From assembly GCA_032718475.1 (NCBI GenBank), contig JAUCBJ010005792.1:1-64000 (forward strand): a stretch of DNA of 64,000 nucleotides, given 5' to 3'. This DNA comes from Nemertoderma westbladi (Eukaryota; Animalia; Xenacoelomorpha). A program made the position numbers and the translations under genes. The stretch's first letter is position 1. Each line of letters starts with the position of its first letter. Below the pieces are notes generated by a model. It had not been told where the DNA came from. It searched no databases and saw only the letters and a program-made list of their open reading frames with translations. Below are positions 40,028 through 52,803 of this stretch, in pieces.

Positions 40028-41651
40028 TGTGGCGCCACTAACTCTAACTCAACTTACTTCGTGGCTCGCCCCAAGTTACTGAACTGACTTTTCCTATTCT
40101 TATGCTCTTCTGATATTCTGATTGTACAGTGTACTGCTTACTGTACCGGTAGCTTAATAATAATATATATATATTCCTCTAGAGATTATTATTAAACATC
40201 TCTCATCCCAAATTTACTTATTTCAGACGTACAGTGCTCTGTGACGTCTCTACAGGCTCACCCCGTGCAATCCTACCCAGCGAGTGGAGGCGGCACGCTT
40301 TCAACTTGATCCACAACCTCTCGCACACGGGTGTCTGGCCCACGCATAAGGCTGTGGCCTCCAGATTCGTTTGGGATGGTATAAATCGTGACGTCCGCTG
40401 TTGGTGTCAGGAATGCCACGACTGTCAAAGCTCCAAAATCCATTGCCATGTCCGAGCCCCCCTCAACATCCGTATTCCACCAAGTGATCGCTTCAGCAGC
40501 CTCCACATCGACCTGGTGGGTCCCCTACCAGAGAGTGAAGGGATGATATATCTCCCCACCATCATCGACCGCTTCACCAGGTGGCCAGAGGCAATCCCTA
40601 TGCCCAACTCGGTTACGACAACAAACGCTAAAAACTTTATCCGGCATTGGATATCCCGTTTTGGCGTCCCCTTAGATATCACCTCGGATCGGGGATCACA
40701 GTTCACTTCGGAACTTTGGCCTGAAGTGAATAAACTGCTGGGCACTGCGACGTTCCAAACCACAGCTTACCACCTGCAAGCCAATGGCATGGTCGAGCGC
40801 CTGCACAGACAACTCAAGGCTGCCATCAAGGCCCGTACGACAGGCTCTAACTGGATGAATGAGTTACCACTCGTCATGCTCGGCATCTGTTTGGCCTGGC
40901 GAGAGGATCCAGACTGCTCACCAGCCGACCTGGTATTTGGCGAATCACTCCGCCTCTCGGGCGAGTTCTTCCAGTCGCATGACTCCCGCACCTATCAGCC
41001 AACCGAGGCTTTCGCCCACCAACTGGAGACTGACATTTGCAAACCACTCCCACCCCCTCCAACTCATCACACCGAACGTACACCACATATGCCAGCACAC
41101 CTCACAGCCACTGGCTACGTCTACGTTCGTGTAGATAAGGTCAAAGGCCCACTGGTGCGGCCATACGACGGATCCTTCAAGATCCTGGCCCAGCATGACA
41201 AGTACTACACTCTTGATGTGAAGGGCAAACAGGATAACGTTTCCATTGATAGACTTAAGCCGGCCTATAAATCACCGCCACCTCCCACCTCCCTTCTCAA
41301 AAGTATCGGCTCCACCAGCACTACCACAACCCTCTCCCACGCTGCAGCTGACTTCCAGGTCTGGCCGAGCTGTCAGACACCCGGTTCGTTTCCAGGCAGC
41401 TACCATCCCGTCGTAGTACTCCGCTGGGGGGGGGGGGGGCAATGTGGTGCCACTAACTCTAACTTAACTTAATTCGTGGCTCGCCCCAAGTTACTGAACT
41501 GACTTTTTCCTATTCTTATGCTCTTCTGATATTCTGATTGTACAGTGTACTGCTTACCGTACTGGTAGCATAATAATAATATATATATATTCCTCTAGAG
41601 ATTATTATTAAACGTCTCTCATCCCAAATTTACTTATTTCGGACTTCCACA
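40028..41651 (+). mobile_element. Internally deleted Gypsy LTR retrotransposon (LTRs 40028-~40228 and 41443-41651; TSD GGTC)
   Basis: TG...CA ends, GGTC at 40024-40027 and 41652-41655, and a G-run polypurine tract before the 3' LTR. Confidence 0.93.
40234..41472 (+). pseudogene. Gypsy integrase remnant (HHCC, DDE core, GPY/F-like module)
   Basis: HNLSH...CQECHDC, HIDLVGPLP, IDRFTRWPEA, ITSDRGSQFTS, QANGMVER and RPYDGSF. No gag or RT upstream. Confidence 0.9.
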
Positions 41652-44193
41652 GGTCTCAATAAATAGGTTGGCCTTCTTGGTGCTATCAGTGACAATGTTA
41701 CCCTGAGAATCCTTCATTGCTGGTTGGCTGATTTGCGACTCATTTGAGATTTGGTGTAACGCCAGAATTTTTTTGTATTTTTGTGTTGCAGAATCCGATT
41801 TTCATAGTTTTGCATGGCTTCCATGTATGCTACTTCAATAAGAATGTTTATATCATCCAGAAAATCCTGCAGTATTGAATGTCAAGGACTAGTCAAGGAC
41901 AGTTTGGTTCTGTGACGTTCTTCGATGAGCACAATGGAGCAGTTTCTTGATTTGTGGATGCTGTCTGGGACGATTACAGGACTTCAAAGGAACGCAATCA
42001 GAAATTATGGAGTTCAGAATAAATTCAAGTGCTTTAGAATTTTGTATAGCATTGAAATTTCCATTAACCACATCATCCCAGGTAATCTGTGCACAGATTC
42101 CATTAACTACATCCCAGTTAACACTACTCCAGTCACGAGTAACTGATGTGCTACTTCCAGAACTGACAGGAGGGAGGGTGGCATATAGGATTCTATGATC
42201 ACTCTTTTTATCGGAGAGACCGAATCGTTCACCCACAAATACATTCTCAACTAGGTTTGGAACATTAGTAAGTAACAAATCTAAGATACCACCTTTTATA
42301 TGAGTTGGGTCAGAGATAAGCTGATGCAGATTAAGTTCCAAGATTGATTCTAGAAATCTAGCCGTGATCGAAGGATAATGACAAATTGGAGCAGGGCAAG
42401 GAATATTCCAATCTATGTGCCAAAAATTAAAGGTGCCTGTTATTAGAGTTTGGAGATTCGAATAAAGGGGAACAAGTCTTTAAATCTTCAATGAAAGCAA
42501 GGTACAGGTAGTTAAAGGAACATTCTGGTGCCATATACGGGTCTGAAATATAAACACAGCCAATCCCGAAAGGGAACACTATACACATTGAGGTCAACCC
42601 AGATACTTTCCCCTTTATCAGGGAGATCTACCTCAGAGGGCAGCAAATCATTGGAGACAATCATTGCTACACAAACCGCCACAGTTTGGCCCTGGATGAT
42701 TATGGCGATAAATAAGAAATCCATCAAGTCCTGCATTCGCAAAAATATCATCAGATTCTTCTTCAAGAAGCTGAGTTTCTGTTAAACAGATAATTAGGGG
42801 ATTAGCGTTGAAAGTAGATACCAGTAACTTCAAGGCAGAAATTTTATTAAGGATTGATTGACAGTTAAAACATAATACCATTGGCTTTTTAACAATGCAC
42901 AATCAGGGATAAGTTTAGACTGGTTGGCTGAGTGCAGTTGTCCTAGGCTTGAGTCGTTCCTGAAGAGATTGCTGATGGGGCACCAGATGATTTAGGCAAT
43001 GAATCTGTTGCAGCATCGACTAATGTACGTGTACCGGGTTACTGTTTCGGTTTGCTTGATGGCGCATATATTCCTGCTTTGCTTGAAGTTTGGTAAGGTC
43101 TTACTAACATAAACATTGGAGTGTAATTGCGAATCTCTTAGCTTCCTTTTGGATTTAAGAATAACAGACTTAGCACTGAGGGACTTGAGTTTAATGATAA
43201 ATAAAGGTGGTTTGTTGTCCTTCTTCCCCCGACGATAAATAATTTTATCCACTGGGTTATTATTACCATTGCCTTCCGCGAGACCAAAATCACTCGTTAA
43301 GAAGCTATTTACTGAATCAATATCATTACTCGCATTAGTAGGAAGTGGTAGGCCAGATACAACAATATTTAGTTCACGTTTCTGCTGTTCATGGATTTCC
43401 CTTCCCACATCATCAATAGAGAGAAGCATCAGATCTTGTCTGATTCTTCTTCTGTTTGTGGATCTGCCAGCCATTTGAGTTTGGGTTAAGAGGGGTGATA
43501 CCAGGGATAGCATCTGCACATGTTACTTTGGATACTGCCGACGTTAATCTACTGATCTCACTTTTCAGAGTGGGATTGACGATTCGAGACAAGTGCTTCA
43601 ACCGATGTTGTTGAATCTGACTTTATAGTCAGGGTTCCTTTACTTTCGCATGGAGTGCAGATTTGCAATTCACTTGTGGATAGATTCAGACAGGAGCCAT
43701 GAATCCAGGCAGCACAAGTTTCTCACCCCAAACAATTGTTACCTACAACCTTTTAGCAGCAGTGGGGACACAAGGTGTCTTTGAGGCAACCAGCGCAATG
43801 TGCTTCATAGGCATCTTTCTCAATAAAAAGAGCTGCACATACATCACAATTGAATAGTTTCGAAATATCAATTCCTTTGCTGTTAGTAAGTGTCGGTTTT
43901 GTGGATTTCCTTCTCAAAACCATCGTAGCAGTGTACTAAATTTAGTTAGTTTAGTTTTAGTACTAAATTTAGTGTGTTAAATTTTAATAATAATACAATA
44001 ATCAAGCAAGCAAGTAATACTGTAATTGCAGCAGGTTTTAGTACAGCAATAGGAGTGCTAGTGTAGTACAGGTAGCCTACTCCAGTGGTACCGGTACTCT
44101 ACCTAGAGTGTAGAGCACAAACTCTGAAACTACTGCTGTACTGACCTACGGTACTAAAAATATCAGAATATAGGATAGGCCTACAATACAAAC

Positions 44194-44592
44194 ATGTCTG
44201 ACCAACCGAAAACTCGGTTTACTTGGAACACTGGTGCGATTGCAAGGGCGTGGTCTATTAGCCGAGTTGGCTATGGTAAGAAAGCGAAATTCTTTCGTGA
44301 TTGCATGCTGAACAAAAGTTTCTACGTACAGAATCCCAACCTATTGATCCTAAACCTGATAGCACTGACATCGGTGTCCTGGACAACCTATTTCATACTT
44401 CGCGTTGCCACTCGACATCCAGACATCCACATTGATAAACGCCGTCGGTTCCCGTGGGACGAGTGGAAGCAGGGCGATCAGTACCACTTCCTGATGAATG
44501 ACGGATCGGGTAAGCTCAGAAACAACGCCGGCAAAACAAACATAAAGAACGGAGAAATGTTTACATCCGATGAATTGTTTCCCAAATATTGA
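44194..44592 (+). CDS. NDUFA4/COXFA4-family (B12D-like) single-pass mitochondrial protein, intronless, divergent paralog
   Basis: NPNLLIL, a TM segment, then YFILRVATRHPDIHIDKRRRFPWDEWKQGDQYHF. This parallels NDUFA4 as recalled ([33 protein letters not shown]). Good start context AAACATG. Confidence 0.8.
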   Translation: MSDQPKTRFTWNTGAIARAWSISRVGYGKKAKFFRDCMLNKSFYVQNPNLLILNLIALTSVSWTTYFILRVATRHPDIHIDKRRRFPWDEWKQGDQYHFLMNDGSGKLRNNAGKTNIKNGEMFTSDELFPKY

Positions 44593-45459
44593 GAGAACTT
44601 ACGTAGCGCGTAGATGCCTCTATAACTGTCGGAGCACGATATACTATACGAACCTAATGGACAAAAATTATATAGGCCTAGAGGCCTACAGTAACCTGAT
44701 AACGGTATACCGGTATTTGTATACACTGGTGCGACATGAGACTAAATCATTGGGGAGGAGCATCTTAACTCATCCAAAAACAAGCCTTTGAAATCATTAG
44801 GTATTTGAATCCAGTCTTCTCATTGCAGCATTGTTCATCAAATCACGAGATATTAAATTAAATTAAAGATCAATTAGGCCTATGTATGTATTCCAATATT
44901 CTTCATATGGGCGAATTGAAGTGCTTAAAATAAGTTATTAAACGAAATAATTAAAATTGTTATATCAACACGAAGGTAGGCCTTTACAATAATAAGGAAT
45001 ATTATTAACAATATTAGACAACCAATAAAATTAACTCACCTTTTCCGCCTCCGATTCAACCCATGTTACATAAATACCCGTTCTGGAATGAATAATATTT
45101 ATGTTGTTGGCTCCCTTTGACTACCATTGAGAGCCTTCCTATTTTGTTTCGATGGCATCTAACATACGATTGTACACTACCCAGTAGACACACAGTAGCT
45201 ACACAGGAACATACTGTAGTACGCTTATTGTGTATCAGCTGAAGCTTTGCTCTCCCAACATATTACCGGTATAATCAAGATCTTGTGATGCATAAAGTAA
45301 CACTTTAAAATGCTTGTAATTGGTTGAGTTGAAATGCCCATTCTCAGGATTTAGTCTCATGTCACTGATGCGATGCGCCTTAAATTAAAAACAATTAAGT
45401 TTTAGGTTACCGGTATCATAGTCGTAGTCCAATAGAACATTATAAGATAATGATAGATG

Positions 45460-46355
45460 TTGGGACTACTGTAGGATAGGGTTGGGACGATACTACTGTA
45501 GGATAGGGTTGGGACGATACTACTGTAGGAAAGGGTTGGGACGATACTACTGTAGGATAGGGTTGGGACGATACTACTGTAGGATAGGGTTGGGACGATA
45601 CTACTGTAGGATGGGGTTGGGACGATACTACTGTAGGATGGGGTTGGGACGATACTACTGTAGGATAGGGTTGGGACGATACTACTGTAGGATAGGGTTG
45701 GGACGATACTACTGTAGGATGGGGTTGGGACGATACTACTGTAGGATAGGGTTGGGACGATACTACTGTAGGAAAGGGTTGGGACGATACTACTGTAGGA
45801 TAGGGTTGGGACGATACTACTGTAGGAAAGGGTTGGGACGATACTACTGTAGGATAGGGTTGGGACGATACTACTGTAGGATGGGGTTGGGACGATACTA
45901 CTGTAGGATAGGGTTGGGACGATACTACTGTAGGATAGGGTTGGGACGATACTACTGTAGGATGGGGTTGGGACGATACTACTGTAGGATAGGGTTGGGA
46001 CGATACTACTGTAGGATAGGGTTGGGACGATACTACTGTAGGATAGGGTTGGGACGGTACTACTGTAGGATAGGGTTGGGACGATACTACTGTAGGATAG
46101 GGTTGGGACGATACTACTGTAGGATAGGGTTGGGACGCAGCTACTGTAGGATAGGGTTGGGACGATACTACTGTAGGGTAGGGTTGGGACGATACTACTG
46201 TAGGATAGGGTTGGGACGATACTACTGTAGGATAGGGTTGGGACGATACTACTGTAGGATAGGGTTGGGACGATACTACTGTAGGATAGGGTTGGGACGA
46301 TACTACTGTAGGATAGGGTTGGGACGATACTACTGTAGGATAGGGTTGGGACGCA
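45460..46355. repeat. 27-bp minisatellite (~33 copies)
   Basis: GGGTTGGGACGATACTACTGTAGGATA. Confidence 0.98.
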
Positions 46356-46813
46356 GCTCAACCTCTGATTATCTGTGGATCCTTCCGCATGCATTTGAAT
46401 GTCTCCGCATTTTGATCCGGCTCCTAAATTTTATGCCGATAATGTTGAATAAATATAAGACTATACAGTGACAGTGCAGCTACCGGTAGGTCTAAAATAA
46501 GATTTATTGTGGATAAAACAAACGTTTAGGAATTTGATATTCCGGTTTGTTTAAAGGATAAAACATAAAACTAATTTCAATATTTACATAATAATTTTTG
46601 TGAAATTTTTCGAAACGAAAAAGTATTACTAAATACTAAATATGATTCCAGCCCCAACCCTAGGTAGTGTTTAATATAAATCATAATAAGCCATTATTGT
46701 TGTATTAAAAGAGTATGCTTGAATATTATTACATATTTACTAATTGACATCATTTGTTGGTATACTGTGTGCTTAATTACTGAATTAATATGAAAAGTAA
46801 AGTAGTTGTAACC

Positions 46814-47732
46814 TAATGACACCATGTCCCGTAATATAGTGTCATTTTCTGATGACACCACCCCCCCCCCCCCCCCCCAAATTTTTCTACAAATCTTTAT
46901 CATATTGCTTGAAATTTGAAACACAACTAGTTCAACTCACCGTCGATGACCCGATGAAGCCGGAATTTTCGATTTTGCCTTTAATTTTATTTATAAGCGT
47001 TTGAAAAGAGTCTTTTGCGAAATCGCACCCTCCGTATCGTGGCCATTCTTCACATTTGTCGTTATTTTTTCATATCATTAAAAAGGTTGCGTTGCAAGGA
47101 TTCGAAATATGTAACAATATCTGAATTTCGCTGAGAAACAGCTGAGATATAGGCGTTCAAAGATTGCAAGAACGATTATTCGCTGTAGGCCATTTATTCT
47201 ATTTATTTTATTCCATCTATACACAAAATTGAATGTGTTATTTATTTTATGAGTTCGTTGGCAACAGCGGTAATCCTATCCAATATATCTATTGCGTAGC
47301 TACTTAAACAAAATGTTCCAGAACGTCGCGTATTTATTAAATATAATAAATGGCATCTAGCGAACGATAATTCTTGCAATCTTCGAACGCCTATATTTCA
47401 GCTGTTTCTCAACGAAATTCAGATATTGTTTCATATTTGGAATCCTTGCAACGCAAGCTTTTTAATGATATGAAAAACTACAACTAATGTGAAAAATGGT
47501 CACGATACGGAGGGTGCGATTTCGCAAAAGACACTTTTTTTAAAACGCTTATAAATAAAATTAAAGGCGAAATAGAAAATTCCGGCTTCATGGTAACAAC
47601 CACCACGGTGAGTTGAACTAGTTGTGTTTCCAATTTCAAGCAATATGATAAAGATTTGTAGAAAAATCTGGGGGGGTGGGGGGGTCCGTGTCATCAGAAA
47701 ATGACACTATATTACGGGTCATGGTGTAATTA
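46814..47732. mobile_element. Palindromic MITE with ~380-bp inverted arms
   Basis: CACCATG.CCCGTAATATAGTGTCATTTTCTGATGACAC at the left is mirrored at 47688-47726. Arms extend to about 47190 and 47355. Confidence 0.88.
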
Positions 47733-48504
47733 TTATACATACGTAAATATAATTTAATTTTTGTGAAACTATATATAAATTGTGTTTTCCAAAACATTTT
47801 TATTACCTAACAAATTATATATATATATGAAATAGTTGTAAATTCAGTTCTATTAGTTTTAGTTTGGCAGTTTCTGGTCATATGGTTGTTACACTTAGAC
47901 ATTTGATATAATTAAATAAACACAACGTAAACATTTGAAACTTATATTTTTCAGAAATCGTATCACAATTAAATAAAATAAATTTAATGAAACATATATT
48001 GGTATTATATTAATTCATGGATACAATTTTATTTATTACATAAATAATTTTGTAAAAAAATAGCACGTATATTAGCTTTCTCCTAACTCGGTTGTGTTAT
48101 CTAAAAGCAAAGGTTCTCATATAAGTACCACAAAAGTGCTTCTTTATCAATCAATTTTAAATATTGTCTATTTACAACTTTTTGTTGTTCTAGAAATATT
48201 TGAAATTATTTTTAAAAATAATTATAAATTTAAACAAACATTTTTTTTTTCTTTTTTTTATTATTTTTTATTTTTCATTTTTATTATTTTTTTAATGAAT
48301 TAAATAATAAGTTTTATTCTTAAATTGTCACTTTTTCGCTCGAATATACCCCAAATCGGGAGAAAAAGTTTCACTTTTTTCCCTAGGGAAAAAAGTGATC
48401 AATTGGAATGCATTAATTTTACTTTTTTTCCCGGCGAAAAAAGTAAAGTAAAATATATTTTTATTGTATATATATGTGTTTAACATCCATAGATTGTATA
48501 AATA

Positions 48505-48608
48505 ATAAGTAATTAAACAGGACTAAGGATGATCCAACTCCATTTATCAATTAAACAGCTCCATTTACTATAGAGTTGGATCATCCTTAGTCCTGTTTAA
48601 TTACTTAT
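48505..48608. repeat. Perfect 36-bp inverted repeat with 32-nt loop
   Basis: ATAAGTAATTAAACAGGACTAAGGATGATCCAACTC and GAGTTGGATCATCCTTAGTCCTGTTTAATTACTTAT. Confidence 0.93.
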
Positions 48609-48786
48609 AAAAAATATATTTTTATTTTATATATTTTATATTATATATATTTTACATATTATTTTATATTATATATATTATTTTATATTATATATATTTA
48701 TTTTATATTTTTTATTTTATTTAAATTTTATTACTTGTGGTGAAAGAGCATCGACGTAGAAAAGATTGCAAGTAATTTGAGCAAAA

Positions 48787-49200
48787 TCCATTCACACACT
48801 CAAAAGTTATTCCAACTTCAACAGTGTCTGCGCGGAACTCAATATCCAATATTGGTTTATGTAGTTAAGCGGCTCTCTAGTTACGTAATAAATATTCGAG
48901 AACACTAAATTATTTAACATTGAATAAGGCAGCTTCAGGAGTTGAAGAGTACAATAATTAGAATCGCAGTAACTCGGGAAGCAAAAATAGTAAAATACTG
49001 CAGTTCAATTTATTTTGTAGCAGTATCGCTCTGCTCTATGTTTTATTAAAGAATTTAGCAACAAAAAATTACCAATTCAAGAATAAAATTACGTATTACA
49101 TGGGGAAAAAACGTAGAACATATTTTCCAATATTCTCTCGACCCTTTATTAACCTCGCTGATGCTCGGTAAATAAAATGCCTCGAGAATAATGAAAAAAT
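48787..49200 (+). repeat. Dispersed repeat (copies at 51078-51545 and 53930-54215) with an internal CTCG...CGAG hairpin
   Basis: CCATTCACACACTCAAAAGTTATT...CTCGACCCTTTATTAACCTCGCTGATGCTCGGTAAATAAAATGCCTCGAG is shared between copies. Confidence 0.85.
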
Positions 49201-49688
49201 TTAATAAATAATTATATTCAGTCAACGATCTAGGAGTTATTCTGTTGATTTCGCATTATTTGTTCTAGATCAGTAATTACGTTGGTAATTATTAATAAAT
49301 TTAGCATTAAAATATTTACAGTAGTTGTAAGTTATTTTGCTCAAAATTTTTGGTTTGATTATTTGATTTAACGTTCTGGAATTTCATCTTCACTCACAAA
49401 AAGTATAGCTCATATATAGTAGTTACTATTTAATTACACAAAATTGCAGAATTGACATCATATTTGCGATAACTGTGTTACAGCTTTACTAACTTCACTA
49501 TTTACAAAAATAAAGTATTTTTTGTCCTCCTTATAATCCGCATTTCCTCGAAATAGAAAAAGCATTTTTTCCTCGGCCCAACAAAAAATGCCTCGATAAA
49601 AATATTATTCCTCGATAAAAATCATAGAGTCGGACAAAAAAATGTTAATTTATTTTTGTAAAATAATTAGTTATTTTATTGTGACTAT

Positions 49689-50204
49689 GGCCCCCCTCAC
49701 ACGGAGCAACTTGTTTCTGCAACTTGTTCCCGAAACTTGTTGCTGGACCCCTCACACACAGAAATAAGTTGCTGCAACTTGTTTCTGCAACTTGTTTCCG
49801 AAACTTGTTTCAGCAACTTGTTGCTGGACCCCCTCACACACAGAAACTTGTTGCTCAAGAAAATAACAATTATTTCAAAACAAATAGCTAACATGTCCAG
49901 TCATTTATATATAATATCACATCACTCAATTTATCAAATATTAGCTCTTATCTAAAAATTGGATGTAAAAAAAGGTTTTTTAAAAAGTTGCTGGAATATA
50001 ACTTCCAGCAACTTGTTGCTGGACCCCCCTCACACACAGAAATAAGTTTCGGAAACAAGTTGCAGAAACTTGTTGCTGGACTCCTCACACACAGAAACAA
50101 GTTTCGGAAACAAGTTGCAGCAACTTGTTTCTGTGTGTGAGGGGGTCCAGCAACAAGTTCCAGAAACAAGTTGCAGAAATAAGTTGCTCCGTGTGAGGGG
50201 GGCC
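49689..50204. mobile_element. PIF/Harbinger-type MITE
   Basis: TIR GGCCCCCCTCACACGGAGCAACTT at both ends, flanked by TAT and TAA. Subterminal GCAACTTGTT repeats. Confidence 0.82.
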
Positions 50205-50479
50205 TAAAAAATATCATTATTTTTTGACATAAAGAAACTCTAGTCAGTGATCTAGAATACTATAGTAATTACTTTCGCCATGTGGTCTATCCGTTTGAAA
50301 TATGTAATTTATTTATACATTTATTGGTTCTAAAAAAACTGCACAAAACAATTAATTATACAGTACAAGATACGAAAAGTGTATGAGTTATTCTCCTATT
50401 TGAAAGCAAACAAACCATGTGGCATTTTGGAACCAATTATTGCATTATTTTTAAGAATAATTTATATTGTTAAATTTCC

Positions 50480-50523
50480 TGGATTACTTAACGCTCGTCT
50501 ATGGACGAGCGTTAAGTAATCCA
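50480..50523. repeat. Perfect hairpin with 20-bp arms
   Basis: TGGATTACTTAACGCTCGTC-TATG-GACGAGCGTTAAGTAATCCA. Confidence 0.92.
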
Positions 50524-51744
50524 TCTATTTATTTATCGATCACGCCTCACGCTGTCTTGGTTAATATTAATAACAGAGTGTATTATTAGCTATTTTTGTC
50601 TCAGTTACAATACCTAATATAGCAATAGTATAGAATTACCTAATAAAAGGTATATATTTTTTTATACTAGCTAGTATGTTCGTCAATATGTTGTTAGCTA
50701 TTATTTTTATAATTATATTACATTTTTTAAAATAGTTCTAAATTAATATACTAGCTAGTTTTTGTTATTTTTAAATTGTTCTTCTAGAACATGTTTGCTG
50801 ATTTGTAAAAATGTTCCAGAATTGTTTTCTGTAACCTTTATAAGAGGTCTAGAACATAGTTCTAGAAATTTGGTATATAAAAGAGAAAATGTTCGTGAAT
50901 AGTGAACAAAACATACAAATATAAGAAATGGCCAATATTATCTATTATTATACATCTTGTTGAGTAAACCAGAAATTTAACAATAAAACAACATATAATA
51001 TAAACATGTATGATGTACTGTACCTTTATCTAACTTCGGTCCCTCGTTTCAATATTACACTGACCTGCTCTGCTCGTCCATTCACACACTCAAAAGTTAT
51101 TACAACTTTAGTGTCTGCAAAGCGAACTCCAAAACGGAACTCAATATTCAATATTGGTTTATGTTGTTAAGCGGCTCTCTAGTTACGTAATAAATATTCG
51201 AGAACACTAAATTATTTAACATTGAGTAAGGCAGTATCGAGAGTTGGAGAGTACAATAATTTGAATCGCAGTAACTATGGAAGCAATATAGTAAAATGCT
51301 TTAGTTCAATTTATTTTGTAACACTACTGTACTGTAGTATCGCTATGTTTTATTAAAGAATTTAGCAACTAAAAAGTACCAATTTAAGAATAAAATTACG
51401 TATTACATGGGAAAAAACGCAGAACATTTTTTTTTCAATATTCTCTCGACCCTTTATTAACCTCGCTGATGCTCGGTAAATAAAATGCCTCGAGAATAAT
51501 GAAAAAAAGTTCTACTTTTTTTCCCATGTAATAAATAATAATTATTCTTAAATCGTTAATTTTTTCGCTCGAATATATATACTATAATTAGTGTCTGCTC
51601 GAGAATGAAATATGCGGATATAATACCTGAAGCGAATTAGTGATGATGATTTCATGATTTATATGATTTATTAGTTTTCATTTATATTCCAGCTTTTTGC
51701 TGAGGGTGGGTAAGAAATTAAATCAGATCAGGTAAAAAATCAGA

Positions 51745-52803
51745 TCAGTATACGATGGTTCGACAACATTTGTGTCTACTGTTGACGGTGACACAGAACC
51801 ATTTGAAGTGTTATGGGGCGTCCTCCAGGGAGACACACTTGCACCATTCTTGTTCATAATTGTTGTTGACTATGTTCTACGCATGTCCTTAGATCATCAT
51901 AATGATGATGGGGTGATGATAACTCCACCTACTGGCTCCAGAAGTCGAGGAAATCCTGCCAAGTACCTAACTGATCTAGACTTTGCTGATGACTTAGGAG
52001 TACTCTCAGAATCACTAGAGGGAGCCCAACGGCTCCTCAGCTCATTAGAACATGCTGCTTCTAGTGTTGGTCTTTTTATTAACTCCAGAAAGACCACAAT
52101 TTTGACAGTTTACTTTGAAAGTCCTCAGCAAGTCTCTGATCGGATGAGCATAAGCTCAAAAGATGGTATGCTTGAGCATGTGGATGACTTCTGTTACCTG
52201 GGATCATGGATCCGGAAGTCAGGTGAGGACCTTCGGATACGTAAGGGAAAGGCATAGGCAGCCTTGAATAGGTTTTCCAGGATTTGGAAGTCACCGAGAA
52301 TTAATCGGAAACGTAAGGTCCGATTATTTAGAGCAGCAGTAGTTCCAGTACTCCTCTATGGGAGTCCATGCTGGGCTCTAACTGCTGAGGACACCAAATC
52401 TCTGGATGGCACATTCACAAGAATGCTACGCCGGGTTCATTGTGTCAAGTACAATGCACACATCTCCAACCAGACACTATATAACATTGGAGGTGTCTCA
52501 TTGGTTCCCCCAAGCTTGACACTAGAACAAAATCGCCTCCGCTTTGCAGGACATTGCTTTCGCCGTGAGGACCAGCCAGTGCATAATCTTGTACTTTGGC
52601 AGACTCATGGAGTGAATAAGCATGGTGGACAGCCCATGACTTTCTTGAGAAGCATCTTAAAGGACACTGGCCTTGAAGAAGCGGATGATCTAGCAAATGT
52701 CATGGGTGATAGGGAGTTGTGACGGTGCAATTTTGTCGATAAGCCGGCACAGCATTCTTAAAAATGCAGCTGCAATGCAGCATGCCGATCCTAGTAGTAG
52801 TAG
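51745..52803 (+). mobile_element. RTE LINE, 5'-truncated (second family)
   Basis: GVLQGDTLAPFLF, DLDFADD, FCYLGS, LLYGSPCW and RLRFAGH. In-frame stop at 52255 and a (TAG)n tail. Confidence 0.92.

Larger units (their letters stand above)
39808..43923 (-). mobile_element. CR1/L2-group LINE (ORF1, AP endonuclease, tether; RT missing), interrupted by a Gypsy element
   Basis: ORF1 pieces include KRELNIVVSGLP and a Cys-rich region. Endonuclease motifs NCQSILNK, ICLTET, PTHIKGGILDLLLTN and SDH. MKPGKAPGPDHIP resumes on the far side of the LTR element. Confidence 0.85.

Noticed and set aside
44724-45370. MITE defined by the 16-bp inverted GACATGAGACTAAATC
   Set aside because: The match is short, the outer ends disagree and there is no clear TSD.
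45040-46425. Possible minus-strand exons (46364-46425, 45268-45378, 45041-45158)
   Set aside because: Splice-like ends exist, but the joins hit stop codons and give no recognisable protein.
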